Origin: Gemmatimonadales bacterium
GTDB lineage: Bacteria; Gemmatimonadota; Gemmatimonadetes; Gemmatimonadales; GWC2-71-9
NCBI GenBank assembly: GCA_041613315.1
Contig: JBFJHJ010000025.1
Coordinates: 1 to 48,501 of the forward strand
Reading direction: 5' to 3'
Length of the DNA: 48,501 bases
A program made the position numbers and the translations under genes. The notes under the pieces were generated by a model, which was not told the origin of the DNA, ran no database searches, and saw only the letters and a program-made list of their open reading frames with translations. Within the stretch, counting starts at the first letter, position 1; every line of letters starts with the position of its first letter. Shown one piece after another: positions 1-7,904 of this stretch.

Positions 1-1
1 G

Positions 2-1561
2 CAGGGGAGGGCCGGATGCCGTGAACACCTCGTATTGATCCACGTGCGGCACCGTCGTGAAGGTCACCACGTTCGTGGTGGTCGGGCCGGCGGGCGTCGT
101 TGCGACATTGGTGATCTGCGACGCGCCCGGCGTGCATGGTGCGGTGAAGAAGTCGGGCGGCAACTCGCCGGGGTTCGCCACATTGGTGCGCGCCCAGCAT
201 CGGAAGCGGTCGCTCCCGCAGTATAGGGGCGCGCCCGCTTCGACGGCCTGGCACGCGTTGCTCAGATGCGTGATCCAGAACTGGAGCGGCGTGTGCGACG
301 TGGGACCGGCAGCGCTGACCAAGTTGAGCATGAAGGGCAGCGCGGGGAGGCTCAGTTGATCCGCGCCGAACGCGACGGCCTCGGCGTTCTTGAGATTCGG
401 CGCCGTGCGCTCGTTCCCCGTCGCATGGTACAGCTGCACGTAGAGGTCCGAGACTTCTCCTTCGTCATCCAACCCTCGGTAGCCGCACCCGAACAGCGGC
501 AGATACGCCAATGGCTGGCCGGTCGCTATCGCATGGTCGCGCCAGATCAGCGCCCCGATGGCATTGGCATATCCCTCGTAATGTGCAAACGCTGCATTGT
601 ACCGGCTCCACGCCCTGCACTCAGCGTGGTTGCGCAGGTAGTTTGCGCCATCGTTCAGCAGGAAATGGTTCTCGTCCGAATGCCGGATGTTGTATACCAC
701 GTGGCCCAACTCGTGCGCCAGCGCGCCCATGTTGTGTTCCCAACCGATAATGGTGCCCGAGGCATCGCGGAACGGTTGGTTCAGGTGCACGGTCCTCCAG
801 ACGGTGGTCGGCCCGAAGAGCGGATTGTTGATCACCCAATTCGAAAAGGCGGGCGGCACCGGCGGCGCACCGGGCGCAAACCCGAGCGGATTGAGGTGCC
901 GATACCCGAAGTCTACGCCCTCCATGACGGCCGCTGCCCAGTCCGCGTTCGATGACGGGTTGCCAGAGCCTCCGCCGATCTGTAAGACCCCGAAATCGAC
1001 GCTGTTCTGACCGGGGCCCAGCGCGATACGATCGTTGAAGAAGCTCCACACGAAGATCTCTGGGGGCCCGTCTAATCGCTTCATGACTTCAGTCAGCAGC
1101 CAGACCGATGCGCCCCCCGCAACCGGAGCCAGCGCGCCCGAAACCAGCGCTGCCACGGCGGCGAAGCCGATGGACGAGATGAGCGAGGCGTAGAACCCGT
1201 CCTCGTCGAACGTGCCGACGAGGAACCCTCGCCCACTCATCCCCAGTACTTCGACGTAGAGCTCCGTCGGCGGGTTGCCGCCGCACACCGCCGTGGCCGA
1301 GAACGTCCCCGTTACATCGGTGAGCGCCGTGCCGCAATAGATCGGATGGAACGCGCCGGGCTGATAGAACTGCACGGCCTGGAAGGACGCGGCGATCGTG
1401 TCTGGATTGGTGAGCATCTGGTCGTCGCGGAGCTGGGCGCCGACGTTGTCGTACCACACGGGCCGAACCAGCCGGCCCGTGACTGCGATCTCCTGCGCGC
1501 GAACGACGGACGCGAGCGTCAGCAGCATCAGGGCGATCCCGACGATCGAGCGGCGGGTCAT
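2..1561 (-). CDS. Secreted zinc metallopeptidase-like protein (HExxH plus downstream EGxA); runs off the window start, at least 520 aa
   Basis: Translated by hand; absent from the ORF track because no stop lies in the window. Begins MTRRSIVGIALMLLTLASVVRAQE (signal peptide). ALAHELGHVVY with HELGH at 715-701; EGYANA 41 residues later (E at 577-575). ATG overlaps the upstream TGA (ATGA) and is preceded by GGAGG. Confidence 0.8.
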   Translation of the reverse strand, partial: MTRRSIVGIALMLLTLASVVRAQEIAVTGRLVRPVWYDNVGAQLRDDQMLTNPDTIAASFQAVQFYQPGAFHPIYCGTALTDVTGTFSATAVCGGNPPTELYVEVLGMSGRGFLVGTFDEDGFYASLISSIGFAAVAALVSGALAPVAGGASVWLLTEVMKRLDGPPEIFVWSFFNDRIALGPGQNSVDFGVLQIGGGSGNPSSNADWAAAVMEGVDFGYRHLNPLGFAPGAPPVPPAFSNWVINNPLFGPTTVWRTVHLNQPFRDASGTIIGWEHNMGALAHELGHVVYNIRHSDENHFLLNDGANYLRNHAECRAWSRYNAAFAHYEGYANAIGALIWRDHAIATGQPLAYLPLFGCGYRGLDDEGEVSDLYVQLYHATGNERTAPNLKNAEAVAFGADQLSLPALPFMLNLVSAAGPTSHTPLQFWITHLSNACQAVEAGAPLYCGSDRFRCWARTNVANPGELPPDFFTAPCTPGASQITNVATTPAGPTTTNVVTFTTVPHVDQYEVFTASGPPL

Positions 1562-2241
1562 CGTACACCTCCCGGTTCCGCCCGGCGGATAGCATCGCTC
1601 GCGCCGAGCCGATTCATGAGCGTGACGACGTATGCGTCGCGAATGCGGCGAGCCCGCTCCGGGTCAAGGTCGGGCGCGCGGTCCAGCAGCGCGGGATCCA
1701 CGGAGAGGAACGCCTTGGCGATGACGCTCCGGATCATTGCCGTCGCCTCCGGCGTCCGCCCGGCGGCGTAGGCGTCACGCAGAGTGTTCCGCTCGGCGGC
1801 GAGCGCCTGGTTGAGCGCCGCGACTCGCGCATTGAGGCGTTGCACGTATTCCACGACCTCGGCGGAGTCCGGCCGCCGGCCGAGCTGGCCGCGGAGCTCC
1901 GAGCGAAACGGCTCGAAGGCGGCCCCACCGACCGTCGCCTGGCGCTCGAGGCTTCTGGCTGACCGCGGCACACTCCGCTCGGCGATCCGCTGGCCAAGGC
2001 CGATGTGGGACGGCATGTACGCGCCGCGCGACGCCGTGAAGGCGGGATGCTCGCTCGTCGCGCCCCTTCCGAGCCACATCTCCTTCGTGAGGTGCGTGGA
2101 GGCGAGATCGATCGTGGCGGCTTGACGCAGCAGGTAGGCCGTTCCGTCGTCGCTCAGCCGACCGTCGAGTCCGTCCGGCAAGCCCTCCGTGCAAGCTAGA
2201 AGCCCGACGAGGCTACCGATGAGGAGCGTGGGCATTCGCAT
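1558..2241 (-). CDS. Hypothetical lipoprotein (227 aa)
   Basis: MRMPTLLIGSLVGLLAC lipobox; GGAGG just upstream of ATG 2241, so the track start 2478 is probably too long; stop coupled to the metallopeptidase start. Confidence 0.7.
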   Translation of the reverse strand: MRMPTLLIGSLVGLLACTEGLPDGLDGRLSDDGTAYLLRQAATIDLASTHLTKEMWLGRGATSEHPAFTASRGAYMPSHIGLGQRIAERSVPRSARSLERQATVGGAAFEPFRSELRGQLGRRPDSAEVVEYVQRLNARVAALNQALAAERNTLRDAYAAGRTPEATAMIRSVIAKAFLSVDPALLDRAPDLDPERARRIRDAYVVTLMNRLGASDAIRRAEPGGVR

Positions 2242-2457
2242 CGTGATCCTCCATCCGTGATGTACTTCGATCCCGTTCGTCTGCATCGTTTCTGGGATGC
2301 TACCGCGGCGCGAGGCTTCACGGTCGGCTAGTGGGGGCATGCCGACGCGTCGAATTCGAGGTAAACGAGGAGTCATCGGCCATCGCTGGAAACCCCGTTG
2401 GGGACGACCGGATTTATGAAAGGACCGTTCGAATCCTTGCAGTAATTGGGTAGCGGG

Positions 2458-2593
2458 AAGAAACGGTACGCACATCAAGCGCGCATCATGCGAGGTTGTC
2501 TTGCGGTCAATCGTACGTGATGTTCGCCGATCTGGGTGCGGACCCGTGCCATCTCGTGGAGGACGTACGGAGGAGCGGCATCACGCGTTGGCT
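2458..2593 (-). mobile_element. Possible highly degenerate attC-like site
   Basis: Minus strand starts AGCCAAC overlapping the preceding TAG and ends GCTTGATGTGCGTACC-GTTTCTT; internal CGTACGT/ACGTACG arms. Resembles the better site at 4150-4293, but the boxes are poor. Confidence 0.3.
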
Positions 2594-3455
2594 AGGTGGC
2601 CGGTTCACGCGACTCCTGCGGAAGTACCGCCGCGGCGCCGAGCGTCACGGCGCCCACGGCGAGGAGAATCGCCGTGGGAGGTACGAAGCCGATGAAGCGT
2701 AGCTGCAATCCGGCCGCGGCCAGTGGGGAGAGGGCCGCGACCACAAGCATGATTCGGGCCGCCGGCGCGGGGCGGTAGGCCACAATGGCCACGATCAGGC
2801 CAATGATCACGAGATCAATGGAGAACATCAGCCAGAGCGCCGGCATGACCGGTCCGAGGTCGGATGGGACGTCGGCAGCCAGCCGGGTGACCGCATCGTA
2901 CCCGGTGCTGTGCAGCCCGGCCGTGGCAAGGAAGCCGAGCGCGGCGAGCGCGGCGAGGCGACGGCCAAGATCGTGGCGTGTCATGTGAGTCGTGCTCCGC
3001 GATGTGAGGGGACGACGTGTGCGCCCGCCGGCCTCATGAGGCTCGTCGGGCGCAGACTGGAGCCCGAACGCCGCCCGGACCGTCCGAAGCGCTTCACCCG
3101 CCGCCTCGTCCAGGTACGCGCCACTGATAGGCAGACCAACATGGGGCTCCAGGTTGAGGCGGTAGCGGAGGTAGGTGGCCAGCGTGAGGGGACGTGGCAG
3201 CGTCCCTCCCACGGCGAACTGCACCCTGTCCTGCTCGATCCGCTGAAAAGCGTCCTGCTCCGTCAGCCCCTGGGCCGTGAGGGCCACGAAGGACTCGGCG
3301 CACCCGACGATCATGCCCTCGGGCGTTCCCATCATCACGGCCTCGGTACTCGCGAGGAAATCGTCGAACACGACGTCTGGGGCGCCCTGCTGGGCCAGCC
3401 GTTTGCGAGCTAAGCGCTTGATGAGATCGGTACGGGTAGCGGAGTCGAGCTTCAT
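2592..3455 (-). CDS. In-frame fusion of a soluble hypothetical protein (from 3455) and a small multi-TM membrane protein (own ATG 2984)
   Basis: Soluble N-half, disordered linker, then MTRHDLGRRLAALAALGFL with about 4 hydrophobic helices; GGAG upstream of ATG 2984; hairpin at 3020-3054 in the linker. Confidence 0.6.
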   Translation of the reverse strand: MKLDSATRTDLIKRLARKRLAQQGAPDVVFDDFLASTEAVMMGTPEGMIVGCAESFVALTAQGLTEQDAFQRIEQDRVQFAVGGTLPRPLTLATYLRYRLNLEPHVGLPISGAYLDEAAGEALRTVRAAFGLQSAPDEPHEAGGRTRRPLTSRSTTHMTRHDLGRRLAALAALGFLATAGLHSTGYDAVTRLAADVPSDLGPVMPALWLMFSIDLVIIGLIVAIVAYRPAPAARIMLVVAALSPLAAAGLQLRFIGFVPPTAILLAVGAVTLGAAAVLPQESREPAT

Positions 3456-3664
3456 GGGGGACACCGTGTACGCAAGCAGCTCGGGAACGCGCCCTGACGA
3501 TTTCGCGGAACAGCCGCCGGCGACACGCCGCCGGGCTTCTGCGCGATGAAGGCGTCGTATCCGTAGTCGAACTTGCCGAACTCATCGAGCCATTCGATGC
3601 CACCGTCCGGACTCGCGATGTAGCCATCGAGGGTAGCTGCGATGAAACCTCGGATGTCAGCCAT
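3452..3664 (-). pseudogene. Truncated dihydrofolate reductase/RibD-C family gene (only about 41 N-terminal aa)
   Basis: IRGFIAATLDGYIASPDGGIEWL...DYGYDAF is the typical DHFR-family N-terminus; similarity stops near 3540 and the following GRxT motif is missing. Confidence 0.8.
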
Positions 3665-3725
3665 CGAACACCGCCCCGACCATCTCGTGACCAGACGTCC
3701 AGTTCCCTGACTGTCGGCCGAGCTC

Positions 3726-4142
3726 CTATTGGGCCGGTTGCATGACCGGGTGACGGGCGACGCGCCAGCCCACGTAGCCCGCCACGACCAGGTCGAAGCT
3801 GATGCAGAGCATTGGGTACCACGCGCCGATGTAGGACTGCTGGATCAGGACGTGAGGGACGACATCCCACGCCACATGCAGCGCCCAGCCCGCCGCCAGC
3901 AGCGCGGGCCAGCGGCGGTCCCCCGCGACGGCTACGACCCCGAACGCGATCAGGGCGGGTCCTTCGATGAGCAAGGCGGCGACGTTGAGTCTGATCGCGG
4001 CCGCCACGACGTATACCAGGGCCGCGACGACGAGTCCTATGGCGAAGGCGCGACGTCCGTGCTGCGCGCCACGGCGGCTGGCGACGCGCACGTACCCCAC
4101 GGCAAGTATGCCACCGAGAACCAACCATCCTATAGCGGGCAT
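3726..4142 (-). CDS. Small integral membrane protein, DUF6010-like
   Basis: About 5 hydrophobic segments; GWALHVAWD and WYPMLCISFD motifs. Confidence 0.7.
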   Translation of the reverse strand: MPAIGWLVLGGILAVGYVRVASRRGAQHGRRAFAIGLVVAALVYVVAAAIRLNVAALLIEGPALIAFGVVAVAGDRRWPALLAAGWALHVAWDVVPHVLIQQSYIGAWYPMLCISFDLVVAGYVGWRVARHPVMQPAQ

Positions 4143-4149
4143 GAGGGCA

Positions 4150-4293
4150 ACCTACCGGATCCACGCATAAGCTGCTGCCGACCCGCCCACCCGGCAAGCC
4201 GTGACGTGAGCAAGGCGGAGGACCCACGAGGCGCACACCATCACGTCGACCAGGAGAACGGCCACGCCGGTCAGCTTCAGGCGCGCGTTACGC
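4150..4293 (-). mobile_element. Degenerate integron attC-like recombination site
   Basis: Minus strand: GCGTAAC (R'') - 5 nt - CCTGAAGC (L'') ... imperfect palindrome (CCGGC/GCCGG, GACGTGA/TCACGTC) ... GCTTATG (L') - 9 nt - GGTAGGT (R', GTT>GGT). Lies just after one stop codon and just before the next ATG. Confidence 0.6.
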
Positions 4294-4305
4294 AGCGCGG
4301 TGCGT

Positions 4306-4803
4306 CTACGACCCAGACATTCCCGGAGCGCCGCGGCGGAGGAGCAGCCGGAACATGAGCCCATGCGTGATGAACAGCAACGGGACCACCACCGTGGGGA
4401 TGAAGTAGGTGGCGCCGAGGAGTCCAGGTGCCACTCCCACACCGACGAGGCCCTGGTAGAACGCGTACAGGAGGTCGGCCGTGCCCCAGATGTTGAAGAC
4501 CCACACGAGAGCTATGCCCGCCGCCGTGCGCAACGCCAGTAGGGCGCCCAGCGCCAACAGCGCGGCCACGAGGTCGCCATAGGCTGCTGGCCGGGCGAAG
4601 GCGGCCGGCAGCTCCGGAGCAACGACGCCGGGGATGAGAAAGGCTAGGCCGACGAAGCGGAACGCGTGGAGCGTGAGGAGCGGCCGAAGGGCATCGTGGC
4701 GGCCGAGCGCGCCGAGCCGCGGCCACAGGTATCGAGCAGCCACGATGCCCCAGGTGACGAAGCTCAAGACGACGCTGATGCCAAAGAGCGCCAACGGATC
4801 CAT
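4306..4803 (-). CDS. Hypothetical integral membrane protein
   Basis: 165 aa with about 5 TM segments, motifs LHAFRFVG, AYGDL, FNIWGTADL; GAGGGAGG RBS. Confidence 0.8.
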   Translation of the reverse strand: MDPLALFGISVVLSFVTWGIVAARYLWPRLGALGRHDALRPLLTLHAFRFVGLAFLIPGVVAPELPAAFARPAAYGDLVAALLALGALLALRTAAGIALVWVFNIWGTADLLYAFYQGLVGVGVAPGLLGATYFIPTVVVPLLFITHGLMFRLLLRRGAPGMSGS

Positions 4804-4839
4804 GGGTCGGCCTCCCTCGTCGGGTGGGTTGGTTGCCGC

Positions 4840-6045
4840 CTACCTGATCTCCGCGCCCCCCCGGACCCATCGCCGCAGCAGCTCCCGTTCGTCGCGCGTC
4901 ATCCCGGTCAAGTTCCCGAGCGGCATCGTCTCGGACGCCACCGCCACCGCGTAGATCCGCTCGGCGCTCCGCCGGATCTGCTGGGGTGTGTCGAGCACGA
5001 CCCCGGCCGGCGCCGCCGGGAACCCCGGGTCCGTCGGCACCGACGAATGGCACGGCGTGCAGCGCCGCACGATCAGCGCCCGCACCTCCGTGAACGACAC
5101 CGCCGCCGTGTCTGACACTTCGGCCAGTCCGGGCCGGATCGGCGCCGCCGGGGGACGGGTCACCAGCGCGAGGCCGAGCAGCGCAAGAACCCCGGCCGGG
5201 AGGATCCACACTTTGCCGCGCCCCTGATTGCGCAAGTTGAAATAGTGGCGCACGCCGGCGCCCACGACCGCGATCGCGGCGAGCAGCAGCCAGTTGTAGC
5301 GATGCCCGTACGTCATCGGGTAATGGTTGCTCACCATGATGAAGAGCACTGGAAGGGTCAGGTAGTTGTTGTGCAACGAGCGCATCGCAGCCTGCGCGCC
5401 GAGCCGGGCGTCGGGAGGCCGCCCGACTGCCATATCGCCGACCATGACCTTCTGATTGGGGATGATCACCCGGAAGACGTTGGCTGCCATCAGCGTCCCC
5501 AGGATCGCCCCCACGTGGATGTACGCCGCCCGGCTGCTCATGATCAGCGTGAGGCCCCAGGCGACGCCGGTGCCGATGAGCAGCCCTACGACTGCGAAGG
5601 GCACGGTGGTTCGGCCCAGCGGCGAGCGGCACAGCGCGTCGTACAAGAACCACGACGCCACCAGCGATCCCGCTCCCAGCGTGATCGAGACCGTGGCGGA
5701 GACGTGCGACGCGTTCGGGTCGACCAGGTACGCGCTCGCCCCGAGGTAGTAGATGAGCACGAGCAGCGCGGCGCCGCTGAGCCAGGTCGCGTACGCCTCC
5801 CACTTGAACCAGTGGAGCGTGCGGGGAAGCTGCGCCGGCGCCACCTGGTACTGCACGACGCGGAAGAACTTCCCGCCGTGCACCGACCAGAGCTCGCCGG
5901 CCACGCCGCCCTCGGACCTCGCCGGCGTCTCGAGCCGCGCGATCAGCCAATTGAAGTAGAACGACGTGCCGATCCAGGCGATCCCCGTGATCACGTGGAC
6001 CCAGCGGAGCGCCAGGTTGAGCCATTGGGTCAGGTGCGCCTCCAC
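4840..6045 (-). CDS. puuD: Membrane urate hydroxylase PuuD with C-terminal cytochrome c domain
   Basis: RWVHVITGIAWIGTSFYF, HGGKF, LHWFKWEAY, HNNYLTLPVLFIMVSNHYP; C-terminal CTPCH heme motif and MPLGN; purine catabolism context. Confidence 0.93.
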   Translation of the reverse strand: MEAHLTQWLNLALRWVHVITGIAWIGTSFYFNWLIARLETPARSEGGVAGELWSVHGGKFFRVVQYQVAPAQLPRTLHWFKWEAYATWLSGAALLVLIYYLGASAYLVDPNASHVSATVSITLGAGSLVASWFLYDALCRSPLGRTTVPFAVVGLLIGTGVAWGLTLIMSSRAAYIHVGAILGTLMAANVFRVIIPNQKVMVGDMAVGRPPDARLGAQAAMRSLHNNYLTLPVLFIMVSNHYPMTYGHRYNWLLLAAIAVVGAGVRHYFNLRNQGRGKVWILPAGVLALLGLALVTRPPAAPIRPGLAEVSDTAAVSFTEVRALIVRRCTPCHSSVPTDPGFPAAPAGVVLDTPQQIRRSAERIYAVAVASETMPLGNLTGMTRDERELLRRWVRGGAEIR

Positions 6046-6052
6046 TGATGTC

Positions 6053-6397
6053 TCAGCTCCCCCGGTACGTCGCGTAGCCGAACGGGCTCAGGAGCAGGGG
6101 GACGTGGTAGTGCTGGCCCGGATCGCGCACGGTGAAGACGATCTCCACGTAGGGATAGAACCCCTCGATCTCCTGCTCCGCGAAATACTCCCCAACCTCG
6201 AAACGGAGCCGGTACGTCCCGGCGGCGTGCTTCACTTGCTCCGGCAGAAGGTCGCCGATTCGGCCGTTCGCGTCCGTCGGGGCGGCGGCCAGCTCGGTCC
6301 AGCGGCCGTCGTCGCCCCGCACCGAGAGCGTGGCGTACACGCCGGCTGCAGGCTGACCGCGCGACGTGTCCAGCACATGGGTCGTGATTCCGCTCAT
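6053..6397 (-). CDS. uraH: 5-hydroxyisourate hydrolase (transthyretin-like)
   Basis: ITTHVLD, HYHVPLLLSPFGY, C-terminal YRGS signature. Confidence 0.96.
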   Translation of the reverse strand: MSGITTHVLDTSRGQPAAGVYATLSVRGDDGRWTELAAAPTDANGRIGDLLPEQVKHAAGTYRLRFEVGEYFAEQEIEGFYPYVEIVFTVRDPGQHYHVPLLLSPFGYATYRGS

Positions 6398-6903
6398 TGT
6401 GACACCAGCTTCTCAAGTCGGAGACGTGTGATCTTCGCCTGCTCGCCCGCAGCGACGCGGAACTCGGTCGCGGCGTCGTGGCGCAACCGCCGCCGCAGCT
6501 CGGCCAGCATGTCGTCTGCGCCGCGACCCGTGGCACAGATGAGGAAGACGTGGCCAAAACGGTTCTCGTACGCGTGGCCGCCCTCCACGAGCGCACGGCG
6601 GCACTCCTCGGACGCCCCGGCCATGCCCGCCTGCTCCTGCCGGGCCCAATCGCGCGCGGCCGGCGGTGCCGCGACCGGCGTCCGATCGCCGATTCGCGGA
6701 TGCCGCGCAAACGCTTCGAGCCAGTCGTCATGGTCCAGTGCCCACCAGACGCGCTCGGCCGCGGTGAACACCGCCGCGTCGCTCGCGAACGGGCGCGCGG
6801 CCAGCATGCCGTCCACCCAACGGCCGGCGCCGCAGCAACGGGCCAGCGCGTCACGGCAGGCGTCCGCTGGCAGACGGTTCACGTGGTCGGCCACGACGTT
6901 CAC
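6394..6903 (-). CDS. uraD: OHCU decarboxylase
   Basis: WLEAFARHPRIG, EQAG, YENRFGHVFLICATG, EQAKITRLRL; GTG 6903 overlaps the alc stop (GTGA). Confidence 0.92.
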   Translation of the reverse strand: MNVVADHVNRLPADACRDALARCCGAGRWVDGMLAARPFASDAAVFTAAERVWWALDHDDWLEAFARHPRIGDRTPVAAPPAARDWARQEQAGMAGASEECRRALVEGGHAYENRFGHVFLICATGRGADDMLAELRRRLRHDAATEFRVAAGEQAKITRLRLEKLVSQ

Positions 6904-7904
6904 GGGGCGCCCTGGCCCAGAGGACGACCGTAGATCCGGAGCCGGGCCACCCCGCCATCGGGGAAGATGCTGAACCGGACGTGCGACACGGCGCCCCCCC
7001 ACACGAGCTCCCGCAGAAAGCGGTGCCGTGCGTCCGGCTTGAGCGGCGTGCGCGGGAGGATCTCCCGCCAGTCAGCCCCTGCGTCCGTCAGCGCCTCCAG
7101 CGCCGCGCCCGGCTCGTCGATGCCCTCGAGGCTCGCGCTTTCCGGATAGTTCCCTTTGAAGTGGCTCGTGTCCACCTCCACGCGCTCGACAAGCCCTGGG
7201 CGGCCCAGGCGCAGGATCACCCAGTCGTGGCCCGGACCGCGCCGGCGCCGCGTCTCCCAGCCGTCGCCCATGTTCAGCGCCCGCCCCGGCATGATGAGAT
7301 TCAGCGGTTCGCTGAAGAACTGATCGCTCGCCGCGAGCGGCACGCCGCCGTGCGCCACGGCCGCCAAGTCCAGCGGCCGCTCGGTCCCGATGCGCGCCCA
7401 GTCCGGTCGGACCTCGCCCCACATGCGAAGCCGCGCGACGCCGCCGTCGGGATAGATGTTGAGTCGCACGTGGGTGTACCGCGTTTCGTCCCGTACCGGG
7501 AACCGGTTCTCGCTGTGGCCCTGCAGCGGCGACCGCTGGAGGATGGGGGTCCATCCGCCGGCGCGCGCCACGTCGGCGGGGCGCACCTTGCGGGCCACGG
7601 CGAGCGCGTCCACCGAGCATTCCGCCGGATGGTTGCCGCGGAAGTGGTTCGTGTCCACGGTAACGGCGCGGATGACCCCCGGCAGGCCGAGCCGAACGAT
7701 GCACCAGTCGTGCCCGGGTGAGCGCCGCCGCCGCGTCTCCCAGCCGTCCATCCATTTCCCGCGGTCCGTGTATTTGCCCTCGATGAACTCGCCGCGCCCC
7801 GGCCGGAGCAGGTTCTCCTTGGAGGCGAAGAACTCGTCGTTGGCCAGGAGCGCGCGACCCCCCACCCGTTCAGCGGCGAGATCGACCAGGGGCGGCTCAG
7901 CCAC
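6900..7904 (-). CDS. alc: Allantoicase
   Basis: Two repeats of DGWETRRRR..PGHDW, DTxHFxGNxP and IxPDGGVARLR; GTG start at 7904 overlaps the allB end. Confidence 0.95.
   Translation of the reverse strand: MAEPPLVDLAAERVGGRALLANDEFFASKENLLRPGRGEFIEGKYTDRGKWMDGWETRRRRSPGHDWCIVRLGLPGVIRAVTVDTNHFRGNHPAECSVDALAVARKVRPADVARAGGWTPILQRSPLQGHSENRFPVRDETRYTHVRLNIYPDGGVARLRMWGEVRPDWARIGTERPLDLAAVAHGGVPLAASDQFFSEPLNLIMPGRALNMGDGWETRRRRGPGHDWVILRLGRPGLVERVEVDTSHFKGNYPESASLEGIDEPGAALEALTDAGADWREILPRTPLKPDARHRFLRELVWGGAVSHVRFSIFPDGGVARLRIYGRPLGQGAP

Noticed and set aside
266..1049. Several track ORFs at the window start
   Set aside because: All overlap the minus-strand metallopeptidase frame and lack protein-like composition.
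4152..4442. 96-aa minus-strand ORF
   Set aside because: Overlaps a real gene out of frame and runs through the attC-like palindrome.
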